Position numbers and translations under genes: made by a program
Virus record (IMG/VR): IMGVR_UViG_3300045988_118907
Coordinates: 1 to 37,609 of that record
DNA from: a virus
Length of the DNA stretch: 37,609 nucleotides
Direction: 5' to 3' (one strand)
The notes under the pieces: generated by a model
Told to the model about the DNA's origin: nothing
Seen by the model: the letters and a program-made list of their open reading frames with translations, nothing else
Database searches by the model: none
Shown: piece after piece, positions 8,913 through 18,248 of the stretch
How the letters are laid out: each line of letters starts with the position of its first letter
Numbering within the stretch: position 1 is the stretch's first letter

Positions 8913-9551
8913 CTATTCTAAGTATTGAAGATATAAATCTCCATCGTTTCCTAAATCATCTGTTGGCTCTTCTGTACCATTTAAAATTGAACTTTTTAAC
9001 ATATAAGCACTTCCATCTTTTACTCCTGCTAGCTCGGTTTCTAATTCTGCTAAAACTTCTCTATATTGTGTTTGAATTTCTGCGTATATTCCTTGAAAAT
9101 CTAAATATGTACGCTTGTCTACTAAGTCTGTAATTCCTGCGGTTGTTGTTTTAAATTGAGCTAATTCATATTGATAAACTCCATTATTATTAGCTACTAT
9201 ATCTGTTTGAGTTAAATTAGGATAAGCACTTGTACCTTTTAGTACTTTATAATTAACTTGTAATAACTCCTCATCAGTATTTTCTTTTGATAAGTCTATT
9301 TCTACAACTAATCTGCAATATGCTGTATCTGTACCTACTGGAATTGATGTTGATGTATCTTCTTCGACAAATCTCCCTCTTACACATACACATCCACTTG
9401 AAACCGTTAATGTGCTTCCTGATGCAGTAACTTGCATTTTTTCTTTGTAATTTTCTGCTATCCCACATTTTTTATTTAAAAAAGTATCAATAAAAAGAGC
9501 AAAGATTTCATTTCCGAATCTTTGCTTCTTGAATACATGTCCTTTTAACAT
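8913..9551 (-). CDS. phage tail/baseplate protein
   Basis: Typical baseplate-adjacent protein: VTASGSTLTVSSGCVCVRGRFVEED...YRLVVEIDLS. Confidence 0.6.
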   Translation of the reverse strand: MLKGHVFKKQRFGNEIFALFIDTFLNKKCGIAENYKEKMQVTASGSTLTVSSGCVCVRGRFVEEDTSTSIPVGTDTAYCRLVVEIDLSKENTDEELLQVNYKVLKGTSAYPNLTQTDIVANNNGVYQYELAQFKTTTAGITDLVDKRTYLDFQGIYAEIQTQYREVLAELETELAGVKDGSAYMLKSSILNGTEEPTDDLGNDGDLYLQYLE

Positions 9552-9553
9552 AT

Positions 9554-10777
9554 TTACTTGTTCCTTTCCTTTAATAATTTATCTATAAACTTAATTCTTA
9601 TATTTCCACACGTATATTCATAAAATTTTTTTCTAGTTATTTTTACTGCTGAAATATAAGTATCAAATATCAAAGATTCTCTTGTTTTAATCGCAATGGG
9701 TGTACCTATTTTTAGTAGTCTATTATAAAGATTGAATGTAATGTTATGATTGTAACTGTTAGACTTCATTGTATCTAATGCTTTTTGCGGAGCATCCTCA
9801 TACTTTTCTGTATATACTGTTTCTGTTCTTCCTTCTGCTCTGTTTTCATTTGTCATATCTGTAGTTGTAGTCCTATCATTTAACAAGTATAAAGTATATG
9901 TATCTGTACTTGTTAAAACTACTACCTTGCTTACTACATCTGTTTCAAATACTTCTGAATAATTAGATATTGCCTGAGCTTTTGTATCAATTAATTCTTT
10001 ATTTGTTGATTTAACTTCTATCGTCACAACTAATTTTTTATCTACAATATCAAAGTCATATACAACATCATAATTTTGTGTGCAATTTGTCATCCAAGTA
10101 TGTAGGTTATATATTCCGTCTTGCACATTTGTTACACTTGTTTGCTTTGATGTATGTGTTCTTACTTCTATCTTTAAATAATTTTTGTTTACAAATACAT
10201 CCGCATTCTCTATAAAGTTTTTAGTAATTGCATCTGCAATAAAATCTTCTACTCCCTTTGTTTTTATTAATTCTTCATTTTCCAGCTTGATGTTTTGATT
10301 AAACATATTTGTTATGTACTTTAAAGTATATTCATACATTCTTTTGCCATCTTCATTTTTTATATTTTCTAAGATTCCCCAATAAATCACTTCATTGTTT
10401 TTCTTTACTACAATTATATCTTTTGCCATCGCTGTTGTCTTTTTCAAAACTTTTATTATTGTGTTTGCATTCGTTTCTTCATCTATATTGATTTCATAAT
10501 CCGATATCTCAACAATATCTTTTATAGTAAAATCTTTATGATTGAAAATATATATAAACACTTTATTGGTTTCTATTTTTATTTTTTCTTTAACAAAAAC
10601 TTGTATTGCTTTTGTTTCTTCATAGCTTTGTCCTGATAAATCTGTAAATTTTATATCAGCATTATGTATTCCACCTACTAAAGGAGCTATTAAGTCTACT
10701 TCATAATATCCTGCTTGCTTATTATAATTTGCTACATAGTTTTGATTATTAAAATTAATTGTCATTTCACTTTTCAC
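9554..10777 (-). CDS. tail endopeptidase / siphovirus ReqiPepy6 Gp37-like protein
   Basis: 407 aa between distal tail protein and fibre genes; domain order and sequence style fit Gp37-like tail proteins. Confidence 0.6.
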   Translation of the reverse strand: MKSEMTINFNNQNYVANYNKQAGYYEVDLIAPLVGGIHNADIKFTDLSGQSYEETKAIQVFVKEKIKIETNKVFIYIFNHKDFTIKDIVEISDYEINIDEETNANTIIKVLKKTTAMAKDIIVVKKNNEVIYWGILENIKNEDGKRMYEYTLKYITNMFNQNIKLENEELIKTKGVEDFIADAITKNFIENADVFVNKNYLKIEVRTHTSKQTSVTNVQDGIYNLHTWMTNCTQNYDVVYDFDIVDKKLVVTIEVKSTNKELIDTKAQAISNYSEVFETDVVSKVVVLTSTDTYTLYLLNDRTTTTDMTNENRAEGRTETVYTEKYEDAPQKALDTMKSNSYNHNITFNLYNRLLKIGTPIAIKTRESLIFDTYISAVKITRKKFYEYTCGNIRIKFIDKLLKERNK

Positions 10778-10789
10778 TAGTCATACCTC

Positions 10790-11645
10790 CTAAACTGCTT
10801 TATAATAAGCTAGTATAGTAACTTGTGCATTTAATATTTCATTGTCTGCTTTTAGTCTTAATTCGCAGCTTTTATTTTTTGGTAATCTTATTACGTTATC
10901 ATTTTCAAAATCTATATAATCTAAAGAAAAAAGACTCGTAAGAGTCCCGTCTGTATTTTGCTTATTTATATAAAATTCATTTTCTTTTGTCCCATATAAT
11001 AGTTTCTCATATTCTTCAATTTCAATAGAAAAAGGAACTTTTTGATAAAGTTCCCCTTCTACATATAATTCTACTATTGGATTAACAACAGGTCCATTCA
11101 TTTCTATCAAGACTGGTGCGTCTACATGCCCATTGTTTATATATGATAAACTTCTTACATTATAATCAGTAAATTTACTATTCCACTTAAAGTCCCATCT
11201 TAATTCATCTTCTTGCTCTTCCATGTTATAAACTACAGTATTTTGCTCATACCACAGACTTAAACAATCAAATACAATCGTTTCATTCATTACTCCATTT
11301 GTCTGAATTTGAGATTTAGTTAAGCTTTGAATGTTTATATTTTTTAAATATTCTCTTTCTCCATTCTTGAATGGAACTTTATAAGCAAGTTTTAAACTTT
11401 CTGCTCTTTCTATAAAATCAACTAATTCTTTGAATCTATCATATTTTAAAAAGTTCACTGTACCTGTTATTTGTCCTTGTTCAAATTTTCTTAAATTTTC
11501 TACAAACATATTTCCTAATTGTTCATATTCAGTTGAATACGAATATCCTAATCCGATTAGGGTCTGTTAGTAAACAATTATTTTGTATATCCATCAAAGA
11601 ATAACTTTGTCCTTTTTCATTAAGTAATCTAAAACCTCTTACCAC
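10790..11645 (-). CDS. siphovirus distal tail protein (Dit-like), requires +1 shift at CGG 11555-11553
   Basis: GTG with AAGGAGGG RBS; MVRGFRLLNEKGQSYSLMDIQNNCLLTDPN then (skip C) GLGYSYSTEYEQLGNMFVENLRKFEQGQITGTVNF...; length 856 = 3x285+1. Confidence 0.85.
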
Positions 11646-11724
11646 CTATCTCCCTCCTTGATATAAATAAATACTCTAACAAATAGCATTCACTTCGTTA
11701 GAGTCTTATTTTTGTATTTTTTAA

Positions 11725-12195
11725 CTATTTTTTAAAAGACCTATATCCTATAATGTTAAATTCATAAGAAGGTTTTTCTTTTGCCCCTAAATAACTAGAA
11801 TCATATGTGCTAAATTCACCTTTTCCATTATGGACGACAACATAATTGTAATCCGTTTCATTGCTTGTCTTATTATTTTCTTCAATTAAAACAAGATAAT
11901 CTTTATCTTTGTTTTTGCAAGAAATTATTCCTTTTCCACTATATGTTAATGAATCGCCAGTATAAGTGTATGTTGTTTTTTCAGTTTCCATATCAAAAGA
12001 TTCGATTTTGAAATCAGAAAGACTAACCTCATTGTTCGCCCAACCTATAATAGTTAAACTCAAAACTACTGAAATAGTTACAGAGATAACAATTTGAACA
12101 ATCATATAATTCTTGCCTTTAGTTGCACAATCTTGGCATATACCATTTTCCAACTCGCTTTCTAAGCATTCTTTTTTACATTTTTTACATATCAT
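11725..12195 (-). CDS. zinc-ribbon plus TM hypothetical protein (moron-like, between tape measure and Dit)
   Basis: CKKCKKECLESELENGICQDC then TM IVQIVISVTISVVLSLTIIGW; own leader. Confidence 0.6.
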   Translation of the reverse strand: MICKKCKKECLESELENGICQDCATKGKNYMIVQIVISVTISVVLSLTIIGWANNEVSLSDFKIESFDMETEKTTYTYTGDSLTYSGKGIISCKNKDKDYLVLIEENNKTSNETDYNYVVVHNGKGEFSTYDSSYLGAKEKPSYEFNIIGYRSFKK

Positions 12196-12280
12196 ATCTA
12201 TACCTCCATTTTATAATTATAAAATGAGTTTATCATATATTTTTATTGTTTTTTGTCGAAATTTGTCGGCAAAAATATTT

Positions 12281-15200
12281 TTATGGCATATATTGTCCAA
12301 ATTTTCTGTCTAAATAATCAAATGCTCTATCTAATTCCGCTTCAGTTAAATGCTGTGGATATATTTGAAGTGTTATTTTATTATTATTGTTTACCATACT
12401 CGTATTATTGGCAATTTTTCTACTTAAACTTCCTTGTAATTTTCCAAAATCTTTAACTTTTGGCATATTCACATTAATCAGTTCTTCTTCTAATTTCTGT
12501 GATAAGTTACTTGCAGAATTTAATAACTTAGGTGATGAACTATCTAAAGTTCTCGCTAATCCTCGAATCATATCTGGCATCCACTTTTCATATTCACGCA
12601 AAGGTCCTCTATCTGGTTTAGAAAAGTGAATGAATGAAGATATTGTGCTTGCTAAGCCTGATAATATTCCAGTAAACCAACTTCCTTCACTCTTTTGTTT
12701 AATTCCTTTTCCAAGTCCTTCTACCATATCTTCGCCCCAAGTTTTGCTGTTATTAGATTCTATTGCGTTTTGTGCTCTATTAGCTAAATTTCCAGCTTCA
12801 TCTTGTACTGTAGTATCTTTTCCTAAGGCTCTCGCAGAATTTGATATTTCATTTTCTGCTTCATTTGCTAATTTTAAATTGTTTCCAAAAAGTATTGTTG
12901 CTTGACTTCCTTTGCTTCCCGCTGCTTCTGTAAGATTTGTGTCTGCGGAAATTATTCCTGTTGCTTCTTGTATTTTTTGTGCTGTTGTTGGTCCAACTTT
13001 TGATAATGCAGTACTATATTCAGAATAACTTTGTTCTGCAAGAATTTTCCAAGCATTGATTTGGTCTTGAGATAGATCAGTAACTGATGACGTTTGCTTT
13101 GCTAAAGTATCCGCTAAGCTTGCTAGTTCCTGTTGTTGTGTAGATAGTTGTTTATTCAAGATTTCTGATTGATATACGTCATTACTATTGACCGCATCTT
13201 GCCAGCTTTCTTTTAATAGTTTTATGTATTCACCTTGATTTATTATTTGCTGTTCTATACTTTGTTCTGATTTTTGTTTTAACGTTTCGTAAGAAACTCC
13301 AATTTGAGTTATCGCTTTATCAATAGCTTCTGCTGACCCTTCTGCACTTGCTTTTTGTAAATTGTTAACATCATCAATTGTCTTACCATATTTGCTTATT
13401 ATTTCTGTTTGCTCTCCAATCTGTCTTGCAATGCTACTATATTGCATTTCTGCTTTCTTTCTTTCTCTTGCATTTCCAGACGCCATCTTCTCTGCTGCCT
13501 CGGCTAATTTTTGCTTTAATCCTACTAATGTTTCTGTGGCTTTTGATGATTCCGCCATTGCTGTTGCATATTCTTGCTGATATGCATTCAATACCGCTTC
13601 TGCTCTTTTTACTGCTATAGTTTTATCAATTTCATTTTGTAAATCTTGATATTTATCTATCACATTTCCTGTCATTGTATATTCTGTTCCAAGTGCTTTA
13701 CTTAATATTCCAAGTATGGTTTGAGCTCTGTCTTTGTATCCTTGTTTTACCTTTCCGTTCTCATCTGTTATTTGTTTTAATTCATCTGATAATTTTCCAT
13801 ATGTTTCTATTTCTGGAATGGTACTAGATAATATGTTCTGTCTTGATTCCCCTAAACTTTCCCATGATTCTTTTTGTTTCTTCACTTCATCTCTTAATCC
13901 TCCTAGTGATGCCTTTTGGGTAGTATCTGCTATATACCATGCTGCATATGCTGCACACAAAGTTGTAATTGCAGTAGTTGCTAGCCCTATAGGAGTTGTC
14001 AATCCTTTTGCAACAATTGCAAGTTTATTAACCGATTCGCTTGTATCAATTGAGTTATTTTTTGCAACTGCTATAGCTTGTGAGAATGTTCCAACTCCTT
14101 TTGTTACTGTTCCTACTGTTTTTCCTAATGTTCCTACAATTTTAATCGCTGGTCCTATTGTTGCAATTAACGCTCCTGTTTTTATTATGTTTGTTACTTC
14201 TTCTTCATTTAAATTGTCAAAATTATCTATTAATCCGTCTATTTTATCCAATAATTTATTAAAACTTGGTGTTAGCTTGTCTCCTGTATTTGTTGCAACA
14301 TTTAATATTTTATTTTTAGTAGTTTGTAATCTGCTGTCTAAAGTTTGATATCTCTTATCTGCTTCATTCGTTAATGCTGTATTCTCTTCCCATGCTTTAT
14401 TTCCAAGTTCAATTGCTTTGCCCATTACTTCGCTTGCATTTGCTGAACGTAGTAATGCATCTCTTAACCTCGTTTCTGTAATTCCCATATCATCAAGAAT
14501 TTTAATTGCACTTTTTCCACGTTCTCCGCTCTTTGATAAACCGTCGACAAATTGCATTATTGCATTTGTTGCATCTTCTTTAAATGCTTTTTGAAACTGT
14601 TTTGTGCTCATTCCTGCAACAGATGCAAAGTTTTTTAAATCTTTTCCACCTTTTTCAACTGCTAATTGCATATTTACCATTACTTTAGAAAATGCTGTTC
14701 CTCCTGCTTGTGCCTCTAGTCCAACTGAGCTTAATGCTGTTGCCAATGCCATGATTTGTGATTGGCTCATTCCTACTTGTGTACCTGCTGAAGCTAAATT
14801 CATTCCCATATCTGTAATTTCAGCTTCTGTTGTAGCAAAGTTGTTGCCCAAAGCAACAATTACAGAACCTAGTTTATCAAAATCTGACTGACTCATTTTA
14901 GTTACATTTGCAAATCTTGCTAAGGTTGTTGCTGCTTCATCAGCTGATAAATTAGTTGCATTCCCCATGTTTATCATTGTTTTAGTAAATGTTAATATAT
15001 TGTCAGTTTGTATACCTAATTGTCCTGCCGCTTCTGCAACTGCTGATATTTCTGTTGTGCTTGCAGGGATTTCTTCAGCCATATCTTTAATTCCTTGTTT
15101 TAGATTAGCCATCTGGGTTGCTGTTCCATCTACTGTTTTTTCTACTCCTGTAAATGCTGTTTCAAATTCTTTTGCAGAGCTTATTAATCCTGTAGCTATT

Positions 15201-15673
15201 CCTGCAATTGGTAAAGTTAATCTTGTTGTTAAAGTACTTCCTAATTTATCAACTTTATTCGAAATGTTTGCTACTTTGTTTCCAAATTCTTCTATACTTC
15301 TTCCTGCTTTCGTCCAATTTGAAGTCTCTGCTTTTAAATTATTTAACTTATTTTGTGTGTTAATTATTTCTCTTTGTAAATTCCTGTAGTTTTTTTCAGA
15401 TATTTCTCCACCTTCTGCAATAGTTGCATCTGCCATTTCTTGAACTTTATTCAATTCTTCTAATTTCTTAGAAGTTTGTTCTATATTTTGTTTTAGAACT
15501 GTTTGTTTTTGTGATAGCATTTCTGTATTCTTTGGATCTAGCTTAAGTAAAGAGTTAATTCCTTTTAATTCCTTGCTTAAACTAGCTGTGCTAGAATTAA
15601 CTTTCTTTAATGCATTTTGTAATTTTGAAGTATCTCCACCAATTTCTACTATAATACCTTTTATGTTTGCCAT
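12281..15673 (-). CDS. tail tape measure protein
   Basis: 1130 aa, coiled-coil start, FETAFTGVEKTVDGT...LAETAAGLGIQTDN-type TMP core region. Confidence 0.93.
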   Translation of the reverse strand: MANIKGIIVEIGGDTSKLQNALKKVNSSTASLSKELKGINSLLKLDPKNTEMLSQKQTVLKQNIEQTSKKLEELNKVQEMADATIAEGGEISEKNYRNLQREIINTQNKLNNLKAETSNWTKAGRSIEEFGNKVANISNKVDKLGSTLTTRLTLPIAGIATGLISSAKEFETAFTGVEKTVDGTATQMANLKQGIKDMAEEIPASTTEISAVAEAAGQLGIQTDNILTFTKTMINMGNATNLSADEAATTLARFANVTKMSQSDFDKLGSVIVALGNNFATTEAEITDMGMNLASAGTQVGMSQSQIMALATALSSVGLEAQAGGTAFSKVMVNMQLAVEKGGKDLKNFASVAGMSTKQFQKAFKEDATNAIMQFVDGLSKSGERGKSAIKILDDMGITETRLRDALLRSANASEVMGKAIELGNKAWEENTALTNEADKRYQTLDSRLQTTKNKILNVATNTGDKLTPSFNKLLDKIDGLIDNFDNLNEEEVTNIIKTGALIATIGPAIKIVGTLGKTVGTVTKGVGTFSQAIAVAKNNSIDTSESVNKLAIVAKGLTTPIGLATTAITTLCAAYAAWYIADTTQKASLGGLRDEVKKQKESWESLGESRQNILSSTIPEIETYGKLSDELKQITDENGKVKQGYKDRAQTILGILSKALGTEYTMTGNVIDKYQDLQNEIDKTIAVKRAEAVLNAYQQEYATAMAESSKATETLVGLKQKLAEAAEKMASGNARERKKAEMQYSSIARQIGEQTEIISKYGKTIDDVNNLQKASAEGSAEAIDKAITQIGVSYETLKQKSEQSIEQQIINQGEYIKLLKESWQDAVNSNDVYQSEILNKQLSTQQQELASLADTLAKQTSSVTDLSQDQINAWKILAEQSYSEYSTALSKVGPTTAQKIQEATGIISADTNLTEAAGSKGSQATILFGNNLKLANEAENEISNSARALGKDTTVQDEAGNLANRAQNAIESNNSKTWGEDMVEGLGKGIKQKSEGSWFTGILSGLASTISSFIHFSKPDRGPLREYEKWMPDMIRGLARTLDSSSPKLLNSASNLSQKLEEELINVNMPKVKDFGKLQGSLSRKIANNTSMVNNNNKITLQIYPQHLTEAELDRAFDYLDRKFGQYMP

Positions 15674-15715
15674 TTTTCCACCTCTTATATAAAAATAAGA
15701 GGCTAAAATAGCCTC

Positions 15716-15940
15716 TTACATCAATCTATCCCAATCAGCTTGGGTTGCTTTTCTAACTTTTTTTACTTTTTTCTTTTCTATAGTTGAATATAATATCTTC
15801 ATTGCTTCTATGTAAGTAATCTCTTTTAAGTCTTCTATTGTTAATCCTATTCTTAGACATGAAGCTATAAATTCTTGTTCTGGGTATTCCTCAATAAAGT
15901 TTTCATCACCAGTATTAATCTTTTTAATTTTTTCATACAA
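15716..15940 (-). CDS. tail assembly chaperone, distal (GT-like) part
   Basis: TTG/no strong start; EEYPEQEFIASCLRIGLTIEDLKEITYIEAMKIL; frame is +1 relative to 15948..16340. Confidence 0.65.
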   Translation of the reverse strand: MYEKIKKINTGDENFIEEYPEQEFIASCLRIGLTIEDLKEITYIEAMKILYSTIEKKKVKKVRKATQADWDRLM

Positions 15941-15947
15941 TTCATTA

Positions 15948-16340
15948 TCAACAAAAGCAATTTACGGCAAATTCCGTTACCTCTACAATCCATTCATCAT
16001 TAGTTCTTATTGTTGGTATGCTTTCTAGCCATTCATCATACTCTGGTATTTTTTTATCTGCTGCAAGAATCATAATATAAGCCATTCTTGTAGCAGCTTC
16101 AATAAACAATCCCATATCTTCTAACATTAATGTTGATAAACTTGATATTATACTTGAATCATCAACATTAGGATTATCTTTTTTTAGGCTTTCCGCTAAT
16201 AAGACTTGCTTTGTTAAAAATGCTTGTAATGTTCTAATATCACTAAAAATATCGGTATTGAATTTACTACGATAATTTTTATAAGTTAAAGCATTGCAAT
16301 CAATTGGATATTCTTTGCCACAAATTTCAATTGTTTTCAT
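15948..16340 (-). CDS. tail assembly chaperone (G-like)
   Basis: MKTIEICGKEYPIDCNALTYKNYRSKFNTDI..., directly between major tail protein and tape measure. Confidence 0.8.
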   Translation of the reverse strand: MKTIEICGKEYPIDCNALTYKNYRSKFNTDIFSDIRTLQAFLTKQVLLAESLKKDNPNVDDSSIISSLSTLMLEDMGLFIEAATRMAYIMILAADKKIPEYDEWLESIPTIRTNDEWIVEVTEFAVNCFC

Positions 16341-16349
16341 AATTACCTC

Positions 16350-16928
16350 CTATACTTCCGCTGTTGCATCTTTTTCATATACTTTATCAAAGAATTTATT
16401 GTAAATAGCCTTGTTTTCTTCCGTTGGTTCTAAGTAAGTTCCAATAGCGCTATCTATTGAACGTGGTGCTATTGTAATTGGTAAACTATCTGTTCCTGGT
16501 TCAAGACTTTCTTCTTTTGTATTATGCTCTCTTGATGGTCTTGAAGCAGAACAATCCCAATAAACGTATCTTCTTTGCCTGTCATCTCCATCAGCTTCAA
16601 ACATTAATGCAAATCTTGATTCTTTATCCTCTGCATTTTCTATTATTGCTCCATTTTTATCTTTTGTTCTTCCAAATATCTCAGTTTCGAATTGTTCATT
16701 TACCATTGCAACAACTAAATCACCTTGATATCCTTGATTTGAATTTTTTCTAAAATAAATTATATTATCCGCATACCATTTAGACTCTTCCCCTTGTGGA
16801 TCTGGTGAAAAGCCTCTAGCTCCTGGTAATGCAAATGGTTTTCCATAAGTAATTTGACCATCTTTTTCTGTTAATTTTGAAATATGTACATTTTTAATAC
16901 CATATAAAACTTTGTTTTCCATTTTCAT
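16350..16928 (-). CDS. major tail protein
   Basis: KVLYGIKNVHISKLTEKDGQITYGKPFALPGARGFSPDPQGEE typical phi13-type major tail protein. Confidence 0.85.
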   Translation of the reverse strand: MKMENKVLYGIKNVHISKLTEKDGQITYGKPFALPGARGFSPDPQGEESKWYADNIIYFRKNSNQGYQGDLVVAMVNEQFETEIFGRTKDKNGAIIENAEDKESRFALMFEADGDDRQRRYVYWDCSASRPSREHNTKEESLEPGTDSLPITIAPRSIDSAIGTYLEPTEENKAIYNKFFDKVYEKDATAEV

Positions 16929-16942
16929 TTCCTTCTTTCTTT

Positions 16943-17254
16943 TTAAATTTCAAAAAAATAACTCACTTGCCAAATTTCTTCATCTGACAAATAAGTTTCT
17001 TCTGTTTTATTCCAAGCTATATCGCCTAGAATTTCATTTTCTATTTTGTTTTGCATATCTATATCTTTATCAATATAGGTATAATCTAATTGTATTGGTG
17101 TATCTTTTAAATACACTTTATTGTCTGCCATAAAATTATTTGTATCTCTACAAATAGCAACTAAATGTGGAGGTTCTACTGATTCTTTAAATGCTCCATA
17201 AGCATATTGAAAGCCTTGATTTTCGCATCTTATTTTTAATTCTTCTAATGTCAT
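16943..17254 (-). CDS. tail completion / head-tail joining protein
   Basis: Position between gp10-like and major tail protein. Confidence 0.55.
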   Translation of the reverse strand: MTLEELKIRCENQGFQYAYGAFKESVEPPHLVAICRDTNNFMADNKVYLKDTPIQLDYTYIDKDIDMQNKIENEILGDIAWNKTEETYLSDEEIWQVSYFFEI

Positions 17255-17637
17255 TTTATACCTCCTATTTTCTGTTTAAGTTCCTTTTCATATTCTTTTG
17301 AGTATTTTTCTTCTACGGGTCTTATATGTGGAATAGCTTTTGTTCTTCCACCATTTCTAGTAACGTGCCCAAATTCAAGTAAATGAGTTAATTGGTAATC
17401 TGTTTTATTGTGTATTTTCACAGAATATCTATTTCTTCCTAGTTTGTCTTTTTTTAATCTCCATCCTTTTGCGTAGCTTCCACGTTTTTTAGGAGATGTT
17501 GTTTTTAACTCTCCAACCGCTTCTTTGCCAACATCATTAGATACTTCTTCAACTACTTCTGAAATATCATCGGAATAGTTTTCTAAAGATTTCATTATCT
17601 CTTTTGATAAATTATCAATCTTAATAGTTTTAGACAT
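17251..17637 (-). CDS. HK97 gp10-like tail component
   Basis: YSVKIHNKTDYQLTHLLEFGHVTRNGGRTKAIPHIRP is diagnostic. Confidence 0.85.
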   Translation of the reverse strand: MSKTIKIDNLSKEIMKSLENYSDDISEVVEEVSNDVGKEAVGELKTTSPKKRGSYAKGWRLKKDKLGRNRYSVKIHNKTDYQLTHLLEFGHVTRNGGRTKAIPHIRPVEEKYSKEYEKELKQKIGGIK

Positions 17638-17935
17638 TTTTTAATTTCCTTTCGCAAACTAATATAAGTTCATCTGCTGTTATTTCTTGCGTACGAATGA
17701 TAGTATATGTTTTTTTCATATATATAAGTTCTTGTTCATCATTATAATTTATTGAACTTATAACAAGCCTTAGAGAGGGTTTATGCCCTCTCTCATTAGC
17801 TTTATAAAATTCATCTGCGTATACATCCTCTATTCTTATAATTGGAATCTCATTTTTACTTGTTTCTTCTTTTTGTACTCCAATAGAATTTGTTTTCAAT
17901 GTTGTAGATAATAGTATACAACTTACATCGTACAT
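17630..17935 (-). CDS. phage head closure/adaptor protein
   Basis: Position and TYTIIRTQEITADE-like head-tail adaptor sequence. Confidence 0.6.
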   Translation of the reverse strand: MYDVSCILLSTTLKTNSIGVQKEETSKNEIPIIRIEDVYADEFYKANERGHKPSLRLVISSINYNDEQELIYMKKTYTIIRTQEITADELILVCERKLKNV

Positions 17936-18228
17936 TCTTCATCCACCACCTTGTAATCTGAACTTAAACTTAAATTGTTACAAAGAAGATTGTATGTATC
18001 TCGAGCTAATTCTTTGTCTTTAATACTTATCATTCCAAAATTACTTTTTACATACATAACTATTGCTGATTGAATTAGTGCGTCATTTAGATTTGATCCT
18101 GCATCTATATTCAATCTTTTTAGGTCTTTTATTGCAGCCTTTATCCATAATTTTATTTCATCGTCTCTCATTGTTGCTGATTCAGCAATACCCGAACTCT
18201 GTTTTGATAGTCTTATTAACTCTTCCAT
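17923..18228 (-). CDS. head-tail connector protein (gp6-like)
   Basis: LNDALIQSAIVMYVKSNFG...RDTYNLLCNNLSLSSDYK. Confidence 0.75.
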   Translation of the reverse strand: MEELIRLSKQSSGIAESATMRDDEIKLWIKAAIKDLKRLNIDAGSNLNDALIQSAIVMYVKSNFGMISIKDKELARDTYNLLCNNLSLSSDYKVVDEECTM

Positions 18229-18248
18229 ATAATCCTCCTTGTTTTATA

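Noticed and set aside
12387-15389. Plus-strand ORFs opposite the tape measure and other genes (e.g. 13734..14348, 14967..15389)
   Set aside because: Mirror ORFs of an AT-rich minus-strand gene; low-complexity hydrophobic translations, no RBS or family similarity.
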